Position numbers and translations under genes: made by a program. From positions 13,388 through 77,387 of the forward strand of contig JALOKP010000009.1 of assembly GCA_025456425.1 (NCBI GenBank): DNA of 64,000 nucleotides. The letters are read 5' to 3'. The stretch's first letter is position 1. Every line of letters begins with the position of its first letter. The notes under the pieces are model-generated. The model was not told the DNA's origin and ran no database searches. It worked only from the letters and a program-made list of their open reading frames with translations. This document shows, one piece after another, positions 47,525 through 56,909 of the stretch. The stretch comes from Acidobacteriota bacterium (GTDB lineage: Bacteria > Acidobacteriota > Polarisedimenticolia > J045).

Positions 47525-48508
47525 ATGACCCCCGAAGAGGCCCACTTCCGCGAGGAGCTGATCGACCGCCGGCAGCGCGCCGAGCGGACCGCCGCCCGGA
47601 TCGGGACTCGGCCCGACCTGGCCGCGCTGCTGGCGCGGATCGACGAGGCGCTGGGAGAGATCGAGGGCGGGACCTTCGGGCTGTGCCGGAGCTGCCACGA
47701 CCCGATCGAGACCGAGCTCCTGCACGCCGATCCGCTGGCGCAGTTCTGCCTCGATCATCTCGACCGCGCCGCGCGGGACCGGCTGCAGGCCGACCTCGAC
47801 CTCGCCGCGCGGATCCAGCGGCGACTGCTCCCGGCCGAGCCCCCCGCGGGGCCGCACTGGCGGACCGCGCGGGCCTACCTGCCCGCCGGGCCGGTCGGCG
47901 GGGACGTCTTCGACCTGGTCGCGGGCGAGACGGGCGGGCTGACCTTCGTGCTCGGCGACGTGGCGGGAAAGGGGGTCGCCGCGGCGCTTCTGATGGCGAA
48001 CGTGCAGGCCACCTTCCGCGCCCTCGCGCCGATCGAGCCCGACGTCGCGCGGCTGGCGGCGCGGATCAACCACCTCTTCTGCCGCAGCGTGCTCGAGTCG
48101 CACTACGCGACGCTGGTCGTCGGCTCGGCCGCGCCGAACGGCCGCGTCGAGCTGTGCAGCGCCGGGCACCTGCCGGCGCTGCTGGTACGGCGGGACGGCG
48201 TCCGCGAGCTGGGGGCCACCGGGCTGCCGGCCGGGATGTTCTGCGAGGGGAGCTACGAGGCCCACCGGCTTTCGCTCGAGCCGGGCGACGCCCTGCTGCT
48301 GTTCACGGACGGGGTGACGGAGGCCCGTGACGCCGCGGGTGAGGAGTACGGCCTGGCGCGGCTCGCCGCGCGCGCCGCGCCGCTGGCTGGCCGGCCGGCG
48401 GAGGAGCTGGTCGCGGCCTGTCAACGGGACCTGGAGGCCTTCCACGAGGGGGTGCCGCGCGCCGACGACGTCACGCTCTTCGCGCTCGAGCGCCCCGTCC
48501 GCACCTGA
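47525..48508 (+). CDS. PP2C (SpoIIE/RsbU) phosphatase with N-terminal DksA/TraR-type zinc finger
   Basis: IDEALGEIEGGTFGLCRSCHDPIE...FCLDH; VGGDVFD, GDVAGKG, FTDGVTEA, DDVTL. Confidence 0.88.
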   Translation: MTPEEAHFREELIDRRQRAERTAARIGTRPDLAALLARIDEALGEIEGGTFGLCRSCHDPIETELLHADPLAQFCLDHLDRAARDRLQADLDLAARIQRRLLPAEPPAGPHWRTARAYLPAGPVGGDVFDLVAGETGGLTFVLGDVAGKGVAAALLMANVQATFRALAPIEPDVARLAARINHLFCRSVLESHYATLVVGSAAPNGRVELCSAGHLPALLVRRDGVRELGATGLPAGMFCEGSYEAHRLSLEPGDALLLFTDGVTEARDAAGEEYGLARLAARAAPLAGRPAEELVAACQRDLEAFHEGVPRADDVTLFALERPVRT

Positions 48509-48538
48509 CCGACCCGCCGCCCGCCCCGCGCCCCTGAA

Positions 48539-48574
48539 ACCGCACCGGGCCGCCCGCGGGCGGCCCGGTGCGGT
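48539..48574. terminator. 36-bp perfect palindrome between convergent genes (putative bidirectional terminator)
   Basis: ACCGCACCGGGCCGCCC-GC-GGGCGGCCCGGTGCGGT. Confidence 0.6.
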
Positions 48575-48592
48575 CGTACCCTGCTTCCGCGA

Positions 48593-50812
48593 CTACCGGT
48601 CGGCCACCTCTTCCTTCCACGCGCGGATCTCGATCGCCTTCTCGCGTGGCAGGTAGATCCCGAAGTCCTTCGCCCCGCCGAGCAGGCGCGGGTCGTGGGT
48701 GAACATCGTGATCGAGGCGCCGACCGTCGCCTCGACGCGCGAGACGAAGGCGCCGTAGGTCTCGATGATCCCCGAGGCATCGGGGCGGAAGACTCCGGCG
48801 GTCGCATGGTTGTTGTAGAGCACGCCGGCGATCATCGGCACGCTGGGCGGATCGGGCGAGAACTCGTTCCAGCTGTGCGTCGTCACGGCGTCGAGCCAGA
48901 GCGGGCTGCCCCGCCAGATCTTCCCGTCGTTGTCCGTGTCGAGCTTGGCCGCCGTGTTGGGGTTCGCGGCCGACGAGTTCAGCCGGTCGTTGATGTTCTC
49001 CGGCAGCGCGAAGCTGGAAGATCCCGCAGTCGGCAACCCCTGGTTGTTGAGCGTGCCGCGGCGGATCCGGTCGTCGAAGCGGGCGTCGCCGTCGATGTCC
49101 TCGCCCGATCCCGGGACCACGTCTCCGATCGCGTAGCCGGCCGGGATCAGGCCCGACCCGCACTGCCCCTGGCCGTCGGCGGTGTAGTACTTGACGTTCC
49201 AGACGCTGTTGTTCTCGTTGAGGTCGCCGGTGTTGGGCAGGTTGTCGATCCCCAGGTCTTCCTTCGACTGGTTGTTGGCGTCGGCCAGCCAGCTGTCGAC
49301 CGACCCCCAGCTGCTGCCGCCGGGGAACCTCCCGATGATCAGGTTCTCGCGGGCGAACAGTCCGATCAGGTCGGCGTCGCGCACGGCGTAGGTTCCCGCC
49401 GGCGCGGTCGACGCATTCAGCGCGCGCCAGGCCTGGATGTCGGCCGTGGCCATCGAGGCGAACCCGGTCTTCGGGACGTTCCCGTACCCGGTCCCGGCCG
49501 GCGGGCCGGAGCCCGGCAGGTGCGGCCTGGGCGGGTTGTCGTAGAGCAGGCCGTTCGGCAGGTAGATGTTGCCGGAGGTGTAGAGGCTCCCCTGCCCCGA
49601 GACTCGGCCCATGGCGATGATCGCTCCCGTCATCGGCCGCAGCCCGGCGGCGTCCCACTCGTCGTTGGTGTTCCAGTAGCCGTCGGTCCCGGGGGAGCCG
49701 ATCACGACCGGCCCGTCGATGATGAACGGCCGGGTGCGACCGTCGAGGATCATGAACGGCGACTCGTCGTCATCCGTGTTGGCGGTGCCGTCGCGGCCCC
49801 AGCTGTCGTCCGCCGTGTTCCAGACCGCGTCGGGACCGACATTGCAGCCGATGCAGGCCCGGTAGGTCCGGTAGCGGTTCAGCTTGGGGTCCCAGACCTT
49901 CAAGGTCGACCCTCCGGTGTCGTCGGGCGTGCCCCAGATCTCGTCAGGACCGGCCGTGCCGCCGTTCCACTCGCGGGCCGCCTTGACGTAGATCGACAGG
50001 TCCGAGAGGTTGGGCATCGGCACGATGTCCTGCCACTCGAGCCGGTTGGCGGCGACACCGTAGTCGCCTTTCAGGTTCTCGGGGCCCAGGATCCGCCGCC
50101 CGGCGATCACGCCGCCGTTGTGCAGGCGGTTGATCAGCTTGTTCCCCAGGACCTTCTCGAAGTAGGGTGTGCCGCGCCCCCAGATGCACGAGCCGTAAAG
50201 GCGCACGTCGCCGTTGGCCCTCAGGTTGCCGTGGAAGTAGAGCTGTCCGCAGCCCCAGCCGCTCATCCAGCCGAAGTTGTTCATGAAGTAGGCGTTGTCG
50301 AAGACCCGCGACGGGATGAGCTTGAGCCGAATGACGGCCGAGAGCGTCTTCTGCTTGCCCTCCAGCGTGGCCGTCGAGCGGATGTTCATGTCGACGTACT
50401 CCAACTGGCGCGCCTCGTCGATCGTCGTCGGATAGGTCAGGATGTTGATCGTGTAGGTCCCGCGACCGTGTTGAATGTCGACATAGTTGCGGCCTGCATC
50501 GTCGGCCGTGCCCGCGGCGCCGTCGGGCCCCCGGGACTTGCCGTTCGTCAGGTGCAGCATCACGTAGTTGTCGAAGATCCGGTCGAGGTTCGGGTTGCCC
50601 ACCAGCGAGCAGGTGACGTCGCCCGTCATCCGCTCCAGGCCCGCCTCGGCGATGTAGAGCAGCTCGCTGTTGTCCTTGTCCTGGTCGGTCGTCCTGAGCG
50701 AGAGCATCGACGAGCCGAGCATCGCCAGTCCCATCAGGGTCAGCGCAGACACCGCGAACATGACGACGAGCAGGGCGGCCCCGCGCTCGCCGTGCGGCTC
50801 TTCGGTTCTCAT
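48593..50812 (-). CDS. PilX-like minor pilin with large C-terminal extension (739 aa)
   Basis: RG|AALLVVMFAV...LLYIAEAGLE (PilX N-terminus lacking Glu5); last gene of a pilin operon. Confidence 0.75.
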   Translation of the reverse strand: MRTEEPHGERGAALLVVMFAVSALTLMGLAMLGSSMLSLRTTDQDKDNSELLYIAEAGLERMTGDVTCSLVGNPNLDRIFDNYVMLHLTNGKSRGPDGAAGTADDAGRNYVDIQHGRGTYTINILTYPTTIDEARQLEYVDMNIRSTATLEGKQKTLSAVIRLKLIPSRVFDNAYFMNNFGWMSGWGCGQLYFHGNLRANGDVRLYGSCIWGRGTPYFEKVLGNKLINRLHNGGVIAGRRILGPENLKGDYGVAANRLEWQDIVPMPNLSDLSIYVKAAREWNGGTAGPDEIWGTPDDTGGSTLKVWDPKLNRYRTYRACIGCNVGPDAVWNTADDSWGRDGTANTDDDESPFMILDGRTRPFIIDGPVVIGSPGTDGYWNTNDEWDAAGLRPMTGAIIAMGRVSGQGSLYTSGNIYLPNGLLYDNPPRPHLPGSGPPAGTGYGNVPKTGFASMATADIQAWRALNASTAPAGTYAVRDADLIGLFARENLIIGRFPGGSSWGSVDSWLADANNQSKEDLGIDNLPNTGDLNENNSVWNVKYYTADGQGQCGSGLIPAGYAIGDVVPGSGEDIDGDARFDDRIRRGTLNNQGLPTAGSSSFALPENINDRLNSSAANPNTAAKLDTDNDGKIWRGSPLWLDAVTTHSWNEFSPDPPSVPMIAGVLYNNHATAGVFRPDASGIIETYGAFVSRVEATVGASITMFTHDPRLLGGAKDFGIYLPREKAIEIRAWKEEVADR

Positions 50813-50820
50813 CGGCCACC

Positions 50821-53800
50821 TCATGGCATCGTCGCTCCCAGCTCGATGCTGTTGCACGAATCGATGAGGATCTGGTCCTCCCCGTCGTCGGGATTCTCGG
50901 TTGGACCGGGCCGGTCGGGGATCACGCCGGACTCGCCGTCGAGCACGCTGCTCTGGGCGTAGGCCGCGGTCACGACGTAGTAGAAGGTCGCACCGCTGCC
51001 GGCGGCGTTGGTGCTGGCGTCCTCCCAGGCCAGCTCGGGCCGCGCCGCCAGGGCGCGCAGCGGCTCGCCGGCACTGACCGAGGTGGCGCTCCAGGCCCCG
51101 CTGTGGTCGCGGTGGTAGACGGTCCCGCTGGAGTCCGAGACCCAGGCGATCGTCGCATTGAGCATCGTCACCGCGAGCGGGCCGCTTGGCGAGGGACCCT
51201 CGACCGCCCAGTTGACTCCATCGACCGAGCGGTAGATCGCATTGGCCGAGGGAACGACCGCCATCGCCGGTCCCCCGGGAACGACCGCCAGACCGCGGAA
51301 CCGGCCGGCCCCAGCGAAGTCGAGCGGTGTCCAGTTCACGCCCCCGTCGCCGGAGCGCCAGATCCGGTCCTCCGCGCCGATCACGATCGTCCGGTCGCCC
51401 GAGCCCTCGCGGGCCAGCGCCACGCCGTAAAGGTCGCTCGTTCCCGCGAACCCCAGAACCGTCCAGTTGACGCCGCCGTCGACCGACCGGGCGGCAGCGC
51501 CGCCGTCGCCCACGACCATCACGAAGTTGCCGTCGCTGGCGATCCCGGTCAGATCGTCGGTGAGGCTGACGGTCAGCGGGGAGAAGTTCGCCCCCCCGTT
51601 GGTCGACTTGAGCACCGTGCCGTTGTCGCCGACCGCCATCACGACCTCTTCGGAGAGGAAGGTCACGGCGCTCAGGTCATCGCTTCCGGAAATCGCCGAG
51701 GCGGACCAGGTCGCGCCGCCGGTCGTCGAGTAGTACGCCTTGCCGGACTCGCCGACGACGACGGCGTTCAGCCGGCTCCCGAACGCGATCCCGTTCGGAC
51801 GGAATCCCCCGGAATTCCCGACCTCGCGCCAGTTCGTTCCGCCGTCCAGGCTCTGGTGGACCGTCCCCGACGAGCTCCCACCGGCGGTGTAGATCAGGCC
51901 GGTCCAGCGGATCGTCGCAACGCGATCGGACAGGCGATAGCCCGCGCTGTGGTCGACCAGCGAGTTGATCGTGCCGTCGCCGTTGTAGTCGCTCGCGCGA
52001 TAGATGTTGTAGTCGATCAGATAGGGATCGTACCCGGCGTCCTCGTTGCGCTGGTTCTGCGAGAAGTAGATCTCGACCGGGTGGTCGTTGACGGCATGCT
52101 CGGCGATCCGGGCGTGCTGCATGGTCGGGAACGTCGGGCCCTTGAAGGCCCGGCCGCAGTAGCGCGGGCTGTAGGGCGAGAGGCCGCCCGCCGCGTCCAA
52201 CGCGCGCATCCAGTAGTAGTAGATCGTGCCCCAGGCCAGCCCGGAGGTCGAGTTCGTGTCGTTGTCGGTGAAGGTGTAGAAGGGTGCGTTGGTGGCGTCG
52301 ATCGCCAGATTGTTGACCGGAGCCACACAACGGTAGTCCAGGCTGGTCGAGCGGTGGATGTAGTACTTCTTGACCACGCCCCCGAAGCCGGTGGTGTTCG
52401 CCATCTCGTCGGCCGAGCGGCCGAACACGACCTCGAGCTGGGTCCCGTCGTCGCCCGGGATGTCGCGGATCTCGATCTGCTCGGGGTACTGGCCGCCGAC
52501 CTTCGACGGGTAGCCGCCAGCCGTCGGGTCGAGCACCGACAGTTGCGGGGTGCAGTCCATCGCGCGCAGCTTGTACCAGTACTGCCGCGGCGGCCAGGTC
52601 CGCATGATGATCCAGTCGTCCTCGTAGCTCGTCTCGCCCTTGTTGGCCTCGGTGTAGGGGGTCGTTCCGAAGACGCTGTCGACGTCGGTGCGGTACATGA
52701 TGTACTTCTCGACGTCCATCTCGCCGCCGCCGTCGTCGGCGGACAGCGCCCAGGTGATGCGGACCTTGCCGTCGGCGAGCGGGTCGGCGCAGGCGTTTTC
52801 GACCGAGACCGAGGAGGTCGGGTGCGGCTGGTCGCCGCAGGCGCCACCCGGCAGGTCGATGTTGCGCGGCTTGATCTGGGTCGACATCGTGACCGTCCGG
52901 AACCGGAACGGCGTCGTCGTCGACGAGCGGGTCCTGTCGGCGTAGTTCATGTCGGGGTAGGGGGTCTCGGACGTGACGTGGATGTCCACCTTCTTGACGA
53001 GGTCGCCGATCCGCCGCTCGAGTACGCCGTTGCCGTTGCGGTCCTCGCCCGCGTCCATCACGGCGTTGTCGTTGGCGTCCTCGTCCGTCACCGTGGTCAG
53101 GGCGGTCAGTTCACCCGGCTCCAGCACCCCGTTGTAGGCCACGCCACCGCCGGCCCCCGTGTCGCCCCAGAGCGTCAGCCCCTTGCGGTTGTAGAACGTG
53201 CCCCAGTACTGGAACAGGGGCAGCGGCTTGGCCCCGCTCGGGTAGGCCGCGGGCCCGCGGATCAGGCCGACCGGCCCGGAGCCGGAGCGGTTGTCGGTGC
53301 CGTTGTCGCCGTAGATCTCGCGGCGCAGCAGGTAGAGCCCGGCGTTGTCGACCACCGCCTCTTCGGCCTCGTCCTGCCGGTCGGCGGCGTTGATCGTCCC
53401 GTCGCCGTTCGAGTCCAGCGTGTAACGCACGGTCTCGGCCCCGGTGTGGAAGGTCACGGGGGCGTAGCCGGTGGGCAGCGCGTCGCCGGTGTTGCCGTCG
53501 ACGATCGCTTCGATCTCCGGGTTGACGTCGGCGTTGACGACGAGCTCGTAGGGCGCAGCGTAAACCACAGCCGACTGCCCGACCAGGTCGTCGCCGGTGT
53601 CGGCGGTCCCGTCCGGCCCGACGTCCGCGATCGTCTGCTTGTCGACGAGGAAGCCCGTCATCAGCAGGTCGTGCTCGAGCGTCTCCAGGGTGTGGCGGGC
53701 CTCGCGCGTCACCTCCAGCACCGCGTCGTCCCGATGGTAGATGCGGTTGTCGATCGACAGCATCGAGAGCGCCGCAAGGAACACCATCGAAGTGATGGCG

Positions 53801-53943
53801 AGCGCAACGAGGGCTTCGCTGAGCGAGAACCCCCGCTCGGCCCCGGTCCGTCCGGCCGTCTCCGCGCCCGCGCGGAGGCGGTCAGAACGACGGGATGTAG
53901 AACGCCTTTTCCGAGGACAGGGTGACATGATGTAGTTTGCCAT
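50821..53943 (-). CDS. PilW-like minor pilin fused to FN3-like and YCF48/BNR-type propeller domains (start uncertain)
   Basis: RG|FSLSEALVAL class III signal; FN3-like YWYKLRAMD and YYWMRALD; repeated xSxDGGxNW (BNR) motifs. Confidence 0.75.
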   Translation of the reverse strand: MANYIMSPCPRKRRSTSRRSDRLRAGAETAGRTGAERGFSLSEALVALAITSMVFLAALSMLSIDNRIYHRDDAVLEVTREARHTLETLEHDLLMTGFLVDKQTIADVGPDGTADTGDDLVGQSAVVYAAPYELVVNADVNPEIEAIVDGNTGDALPTGYAPVTFHTGAETVRYTLDSNGDGTINAADRQDEAEEAVVDNAGLYLLRREIYGDNGTDNRSGSGPVGLIRGPAAYPSGAKPLPLFQYWGTFYNRKGLTLWGDTGAGGGVAYNGVLEPGELTALTTVTDEDANDNAVMDAGEDRNGNGVLERRIGDLVKKVDIHVTSETPYPDMNYADRTRSSTTTPFRFRTVTMSTQIKPRNIDLPGGACGDQPHPTSSVSVENACADPLADGKVRITWALSADDGGGEMDVEKYIMYRTDVDSVFGTTPYTEANKGETSYEDDWIIMRTWPPRQYWYKLRAMDCTPQLSVLDPTAGGYPSKVGGQYPEQIEIRDIPGDDGTQLEVVFGRSADEMANTTGFGGVVKKYYIHRSTSLDYRCVAPVNNLAIDATNAPFYTFTDNDTNSTSGLAWGTIYYYWMRALDAAGGLSPYSPRYCGRAFKGPTFPTMQHARIAEHAVNDHPVEIYFSQNQRNEDAGYDPYLIDYNIYRASDYNGDGTINSLVDHSAGYRLSDRVATIRWTGLIYTAGGSSSGTVHQSLDGGTNWREVGNSGGFRPNGIAFGSRLNAVVVGESGKAYYSTTGGATWSASAISGSDDLSAVTFLSEEVVMAVGDNGTVLKSTNGGANFSPLTVSLTDDLTGIASDGNFVMVVGDGGAAARSVDGGVNWTVLGFAGTSDLYGVALAREGSGDRTIVIGAEDRIWRSGDGGVNWTPLDFAGAGRFRGLAVVPGGPAMAVVPSANAIYRSVDGVNWAVEGPSPSGPLAVTMLNATIAWVSDSSGTVYHRDHSGAWSATSVSAGEPLRALAARPELAWEDASTNAAGSGATFYYVVTAAYAQSSVLDGESGVIPDRPGPTENPDDGEDQILIDSCNSIELGATMP

Positions 53944-54583
53944 TGAGGTCCTTCCACTTGACGCGCACGATGACGTATTTCACGTATCGGCTCGCCGGCT
54001 GGTCGGCGGTCGGCGCCGTGGTGTCGACGATGACGCTGTCGCGGGCGTCGGGGTTGGCTGGCCCGAGACGGACGTTCGTGATGGCCTGGGCGTAGTCCGC
54101 GGCGTCCACGACGTAGACCTCGCGGCGGAAGCGGCCGTATTGGGCCGAGTTGACGGCGAAATCGTGCCTGCCCTGCTGTCCGGCGGAATAGGTCGCGGAG
54201 GTCACCATGATCGACGAGAGCTTGATGTCCGGAACGTTGGCGCAGTTCCGGTAGTTGAAGCGCGTGCCGTTGAGCAGGTCGACCTCGCCGTAGTCCTCGT
54301 CCGGAAAGATGCTCGTCGTGACCTCGTCGATGTCGGTGCAAGGGTCGGTCGGGTCGCGGTAGGCGTCGCGGTCACCGTCCTGGTAGCGGGAATTCTTGAT
54401 CTGCTCCAGCCGGTGGCCCGCCAGGAAGCGGGCGGTGGCGTAGTCCTTCGTGAACTGCGAGGTCTTGATCGTCGAGATCAGCAGCATGTTCAGGCCGAGC
54501 AGCGCGATCCCGAAGATGCCGACGGCGACCAGCGCCTCGACCAGCGTCACGCCCGATTCCGAGCCGAGTCTGTTCCGTCTCAT
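53882..54583 (-). CDS. PilV-like minor pilin
   Basis: SG|VTLVEALVAVGIFG prepilin signal; C-terminal IVRVKW; GGAGG RBS. Confidence 0.8.
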   Translation of the reverse strand: MRRNRLGSESGVTLVEALVAVGIFGIALLGLNMLLISTIKTSQFTKDYATARFLAGHRLEQIKNSRYQDGDRDAYRDPTDPCTDIDEVTTSIFPDEDYGEVDLLNGTRFNYRNCANVPDIKLSSIMVTSATYSAGQQGRHDFAVNSAQYGRFRREVYVVDAADYAQAITNVRLGPANPDARDSVIVDTTAPTADQPASRYVKYVIVRVKWKDLNGKLHHVTLSSEKAFYIPSF

Positions 54584-55206
54584 CGCTCGAGCCTCCACGG
54601 GACCGGCCCGCCGCTGGCCGGGTCGTATTTCCAGCGGCGCACCCGGCCGGTCGCCTCCGTGACGCTGATCGCGCGCATCTTCGAGGGGTCGTTGTGCTCC
54701 AGGTCCCGCCGGTCGATCAGGTAGACCACCCCGGCTGTCGACGAGCCGCCCGGCCGGAAGGTCGCCGCGGGCGGGCTGCCGGCGAAGGTCACGGCGTCGG
54801 TCACGGCGGCCCCGTCGAGGCCGATGATCCCGGGGGGGCAGCCGAAGACGATGTGCTCCGCGGAGGCCGAGAGGCGGGACTCCCGGAGCGTCTCGCCGAT
54901 CCCGGCGTCGACGTCGCCGTCGCTGTTGCGGTCGGCGTGGACCGCGTAGCCGCCGCCGACGTCGTCGAAGACGACGCGGAAGTTGTAGTCGTTGAATGCG
55001 GCCTGCGAGCGTGCCAGCTCCAGCCGGCGCGCGACGTCCGACGCCGCGGCGCCGGTGCGCCAGCCGGAGGTGTTGGCCACGAACACGCCGATGGAGGTCG
55101 TGACGCCCAGGATGCCGAGGACCACGAGAATCTCGGGCATGCTGTAGCCGCGCTCGCCGCGAGTCCGGGGGCGGCGTCCGCCGTCAGTACCGAGTGTCGA
55201 ATCCAC
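54580..55206 (-). CDS. FimT/GspH-like minor pilin
   Basis: RG|YSMPEILVVLGIL prepilin signal; LELARSQA and TFRPGG (FimT-like). Confidence 0.78.
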   Translation of the reverse strand: MDSTLGTDGGRRPRTRGERGYSMPEILVVLGILGVTTSIGVFVANTSGWRTGAAASDVARRLELARSQAAFNDYNFRVVFDDVGGGYAVHADRNSDGDVDAGIGETLRESRLSASAEHIVFGCPPGIIGLDGAAVTDAVTFAGSPPAATFRPGGSSTAGVVYLIDRRDLEHNDPSKMRAISVTEATGRVRRWKYDPASGGPVPWRLER

Positions 55207-55413
55207 GAGCGTCCCGTCCGTGCAGGGATCCCCGGTCGAATATTGGTTCGGGCCGGAGTCCGCGCAAGGCCGCGCACGGCGCGGCTTCCGGGGAACGGGG
55301 TGCTGCGGGAGACGAGTGTCCGGAGATCGAACACTGCCCGGACCGGCCCTGTTCCGCCCCGTTCGGAGCGCTACCGGCGCGGGGCCGGATCGTGGCAGTA
55401 TCTTCTTCCTCCG

Positions 55414-55842
55414 ATGGTCGCCCCGTCCTCCGCCGACCTGACCCTGCGCTGCGACCTCGACGAGGTCGCCCGGGCCGACGCGTGGCTGCAGGAGTTCTGC
55501 TCCGGCCACGGGGTGGTCGAGGACGCGCTCTACGACCTGCGGCTGTGCCTCGACGAAGTCCTCGCCAACGTGATCCGGCACGGCTACGGGGTCGGCGAGA
55601 CCGGGAAGATCCTGGTGACGGTGGCGTGCCCGGGGGACCGCGTGCGCCTCGAGGTCCGGGACGCGGCCGCCCCTTTCAACCCGCTCGACGCCTCCGACCC
55701 CGACCTGGACGTGGCCCCCGAGGACCGGCCGATCGGCGGGCTGGGGATCTTCCTGGTCAAGCAGCTGATGGACATCGTCAGCTACGACTACGAGGACGGG
55801 GAGAACCGGCTCTCGATGGAGCGCAGCCTCCGGCGGCGCTGA
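55414..55842 (+). CDS. RsbW-like anti-sigma factor kinase (HATPase_c_2)
   Basis: CLDEVLANVIRHGY, DAAAPFNP, IGGLGIFLV. Confidence 0.88.
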   Translation: MVAPSSADLTLRCDLDEVARADAWLQEFCSGHGVVEDALYDLRLCLDEVLANVIRHGYGVGETGKILVTVACPGDRVRLEVRDAAAPFNPLDASDPDLDVAPEDRPIGGLGIFLVKQLMDIVSYDYEDGENRLSMERSLRRR

Positions 55843-55887
55843 CGCCGCTGACCGGGACCGTGATCAGGTGGCGGCAGCCGTCCTGTC

Positions 55888-56886
55888 TCAGTGCCCGCCG
55901 AAGGCCCGGCGCATCGCCGACAGGACCTTGTTCTGGTAGAGGGCGTGGCCGCGCGAGTCGAAGCGCGCGAACAGCGAGGCCGCGATGACCGGGGCGGGAA
56001 CCCCCTCCTCGACCGCCTGCAGCACCGTCCAGCGCCCTTCGCCCGAGTCCGAAACCTGCCCCGCGTAGCCGTCCAGCTTCGGGTCGGCGTGCAGCGCCTG
56101 GGCCGTCAGGTCGAGCAGCCAGGAGGCCACCACGCTGCCACGGCGCCAGACCTCAGCGACTTCCGCAACGGGAATGTCGTACTGGAAGTACTGCGGGTCG
56201 CGCAGCGGGGCGGTCTCGGCGTCGACCGCGTGGTCCTTCCGGCCGATCCCGGCGTGGTGGAGGATGTTGAACCCCTCGGCGTAGGCCGCCATGATCCCGT
56301 ACTCGATCCCGTTGTGGACCATCTTGACGAAATGGCCGGCCCCGGCCGGGCCGCAGTGCAGGTAGCCCTCCTCCGCCGTGCCGCCGGCCCCGTCGCGCCC
56401 CGGGGTCGGCGGCGCCGCCGCCCGGCCCGGGGCCAGCGCGCGGAACAGCGGGTCGAGCCGACGCACCGTCCCGGGCTCGCCGCCGATCATCTGCGAGTAG
56501 CCGCGCTCGAGCCCCCAGACCCCGCCCGAGACCCCGACGTCGACGTAGTGGATGCCGCGCGGCGCGAGGCGCGCGGCGCGGTCGACGTCGTCGCGGTAGT
56601 ACGAGTTGCCGCCGTCGACCAGCGTGTCGCCGGCCGCCAGGAGCGGGAGCAATTCGTCGACCAGCGCGTCGACCGCGCCCGCCGGGACCATCAGCCAGAC
56701 GGTCCGCGGCGCGGCGAGCCGCGCCACCAGGTCGGCCAGCGACGCGGCCGAGGTCATCCCCGCCTGCTCCAGCTCCGCGACCCCGGTGCGGGAGCGCGCC
56801 CAGCCGACGCAGTCGATCCCGTGGCGCATCCAGCGCCGAACCATGTTCCCACCCATCCGCCCCAGCCCAACCATCCCGACCTGCAT
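55888..56886 (-). CDS. gnd: Decarboxylating 6-phosphogluconate dehydrogenase (short YqeC/GntZ type)
   Basis: GLGRMG, DGGNS, GVSGG, KMVHNGIEYG, DSGEGRW, MRRAFGGH. Confidence 0.95.
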   Translation of the reverse strand: MQVGMVGLGRMGGNMVRRWMRHGIDCVGWARSRTGVAELEQAGMTSAASLADLVARLAAPRTVWLMVPAGAVDALVDELLPLLAAGDTLVDGGNSYYRDDVDRAARLAPRGIHYVDVGVSGGVWGLERGYSQMIGGEPGTVRRLDPLFRALAPGRAAAPPTPGRDGAGGTAEEGYLHCGPAGAGHFVKMVHNGIEYGIMAAYAEGFNILHHAGIGRKDHAVDAETAPLRDPQYFQYDIPVAEVAEVWRRGSVVASWLLDLTAQALHADPKLDGYAGQVSDSGEGRWTVLQAVEEGVPAPVIAASLFARFDSRGHALYQNKVLSAMRRAFGGH

Positions 56887-56909
56887 CGCCGTCTCTCCCT
56901 GGTCCTGCT

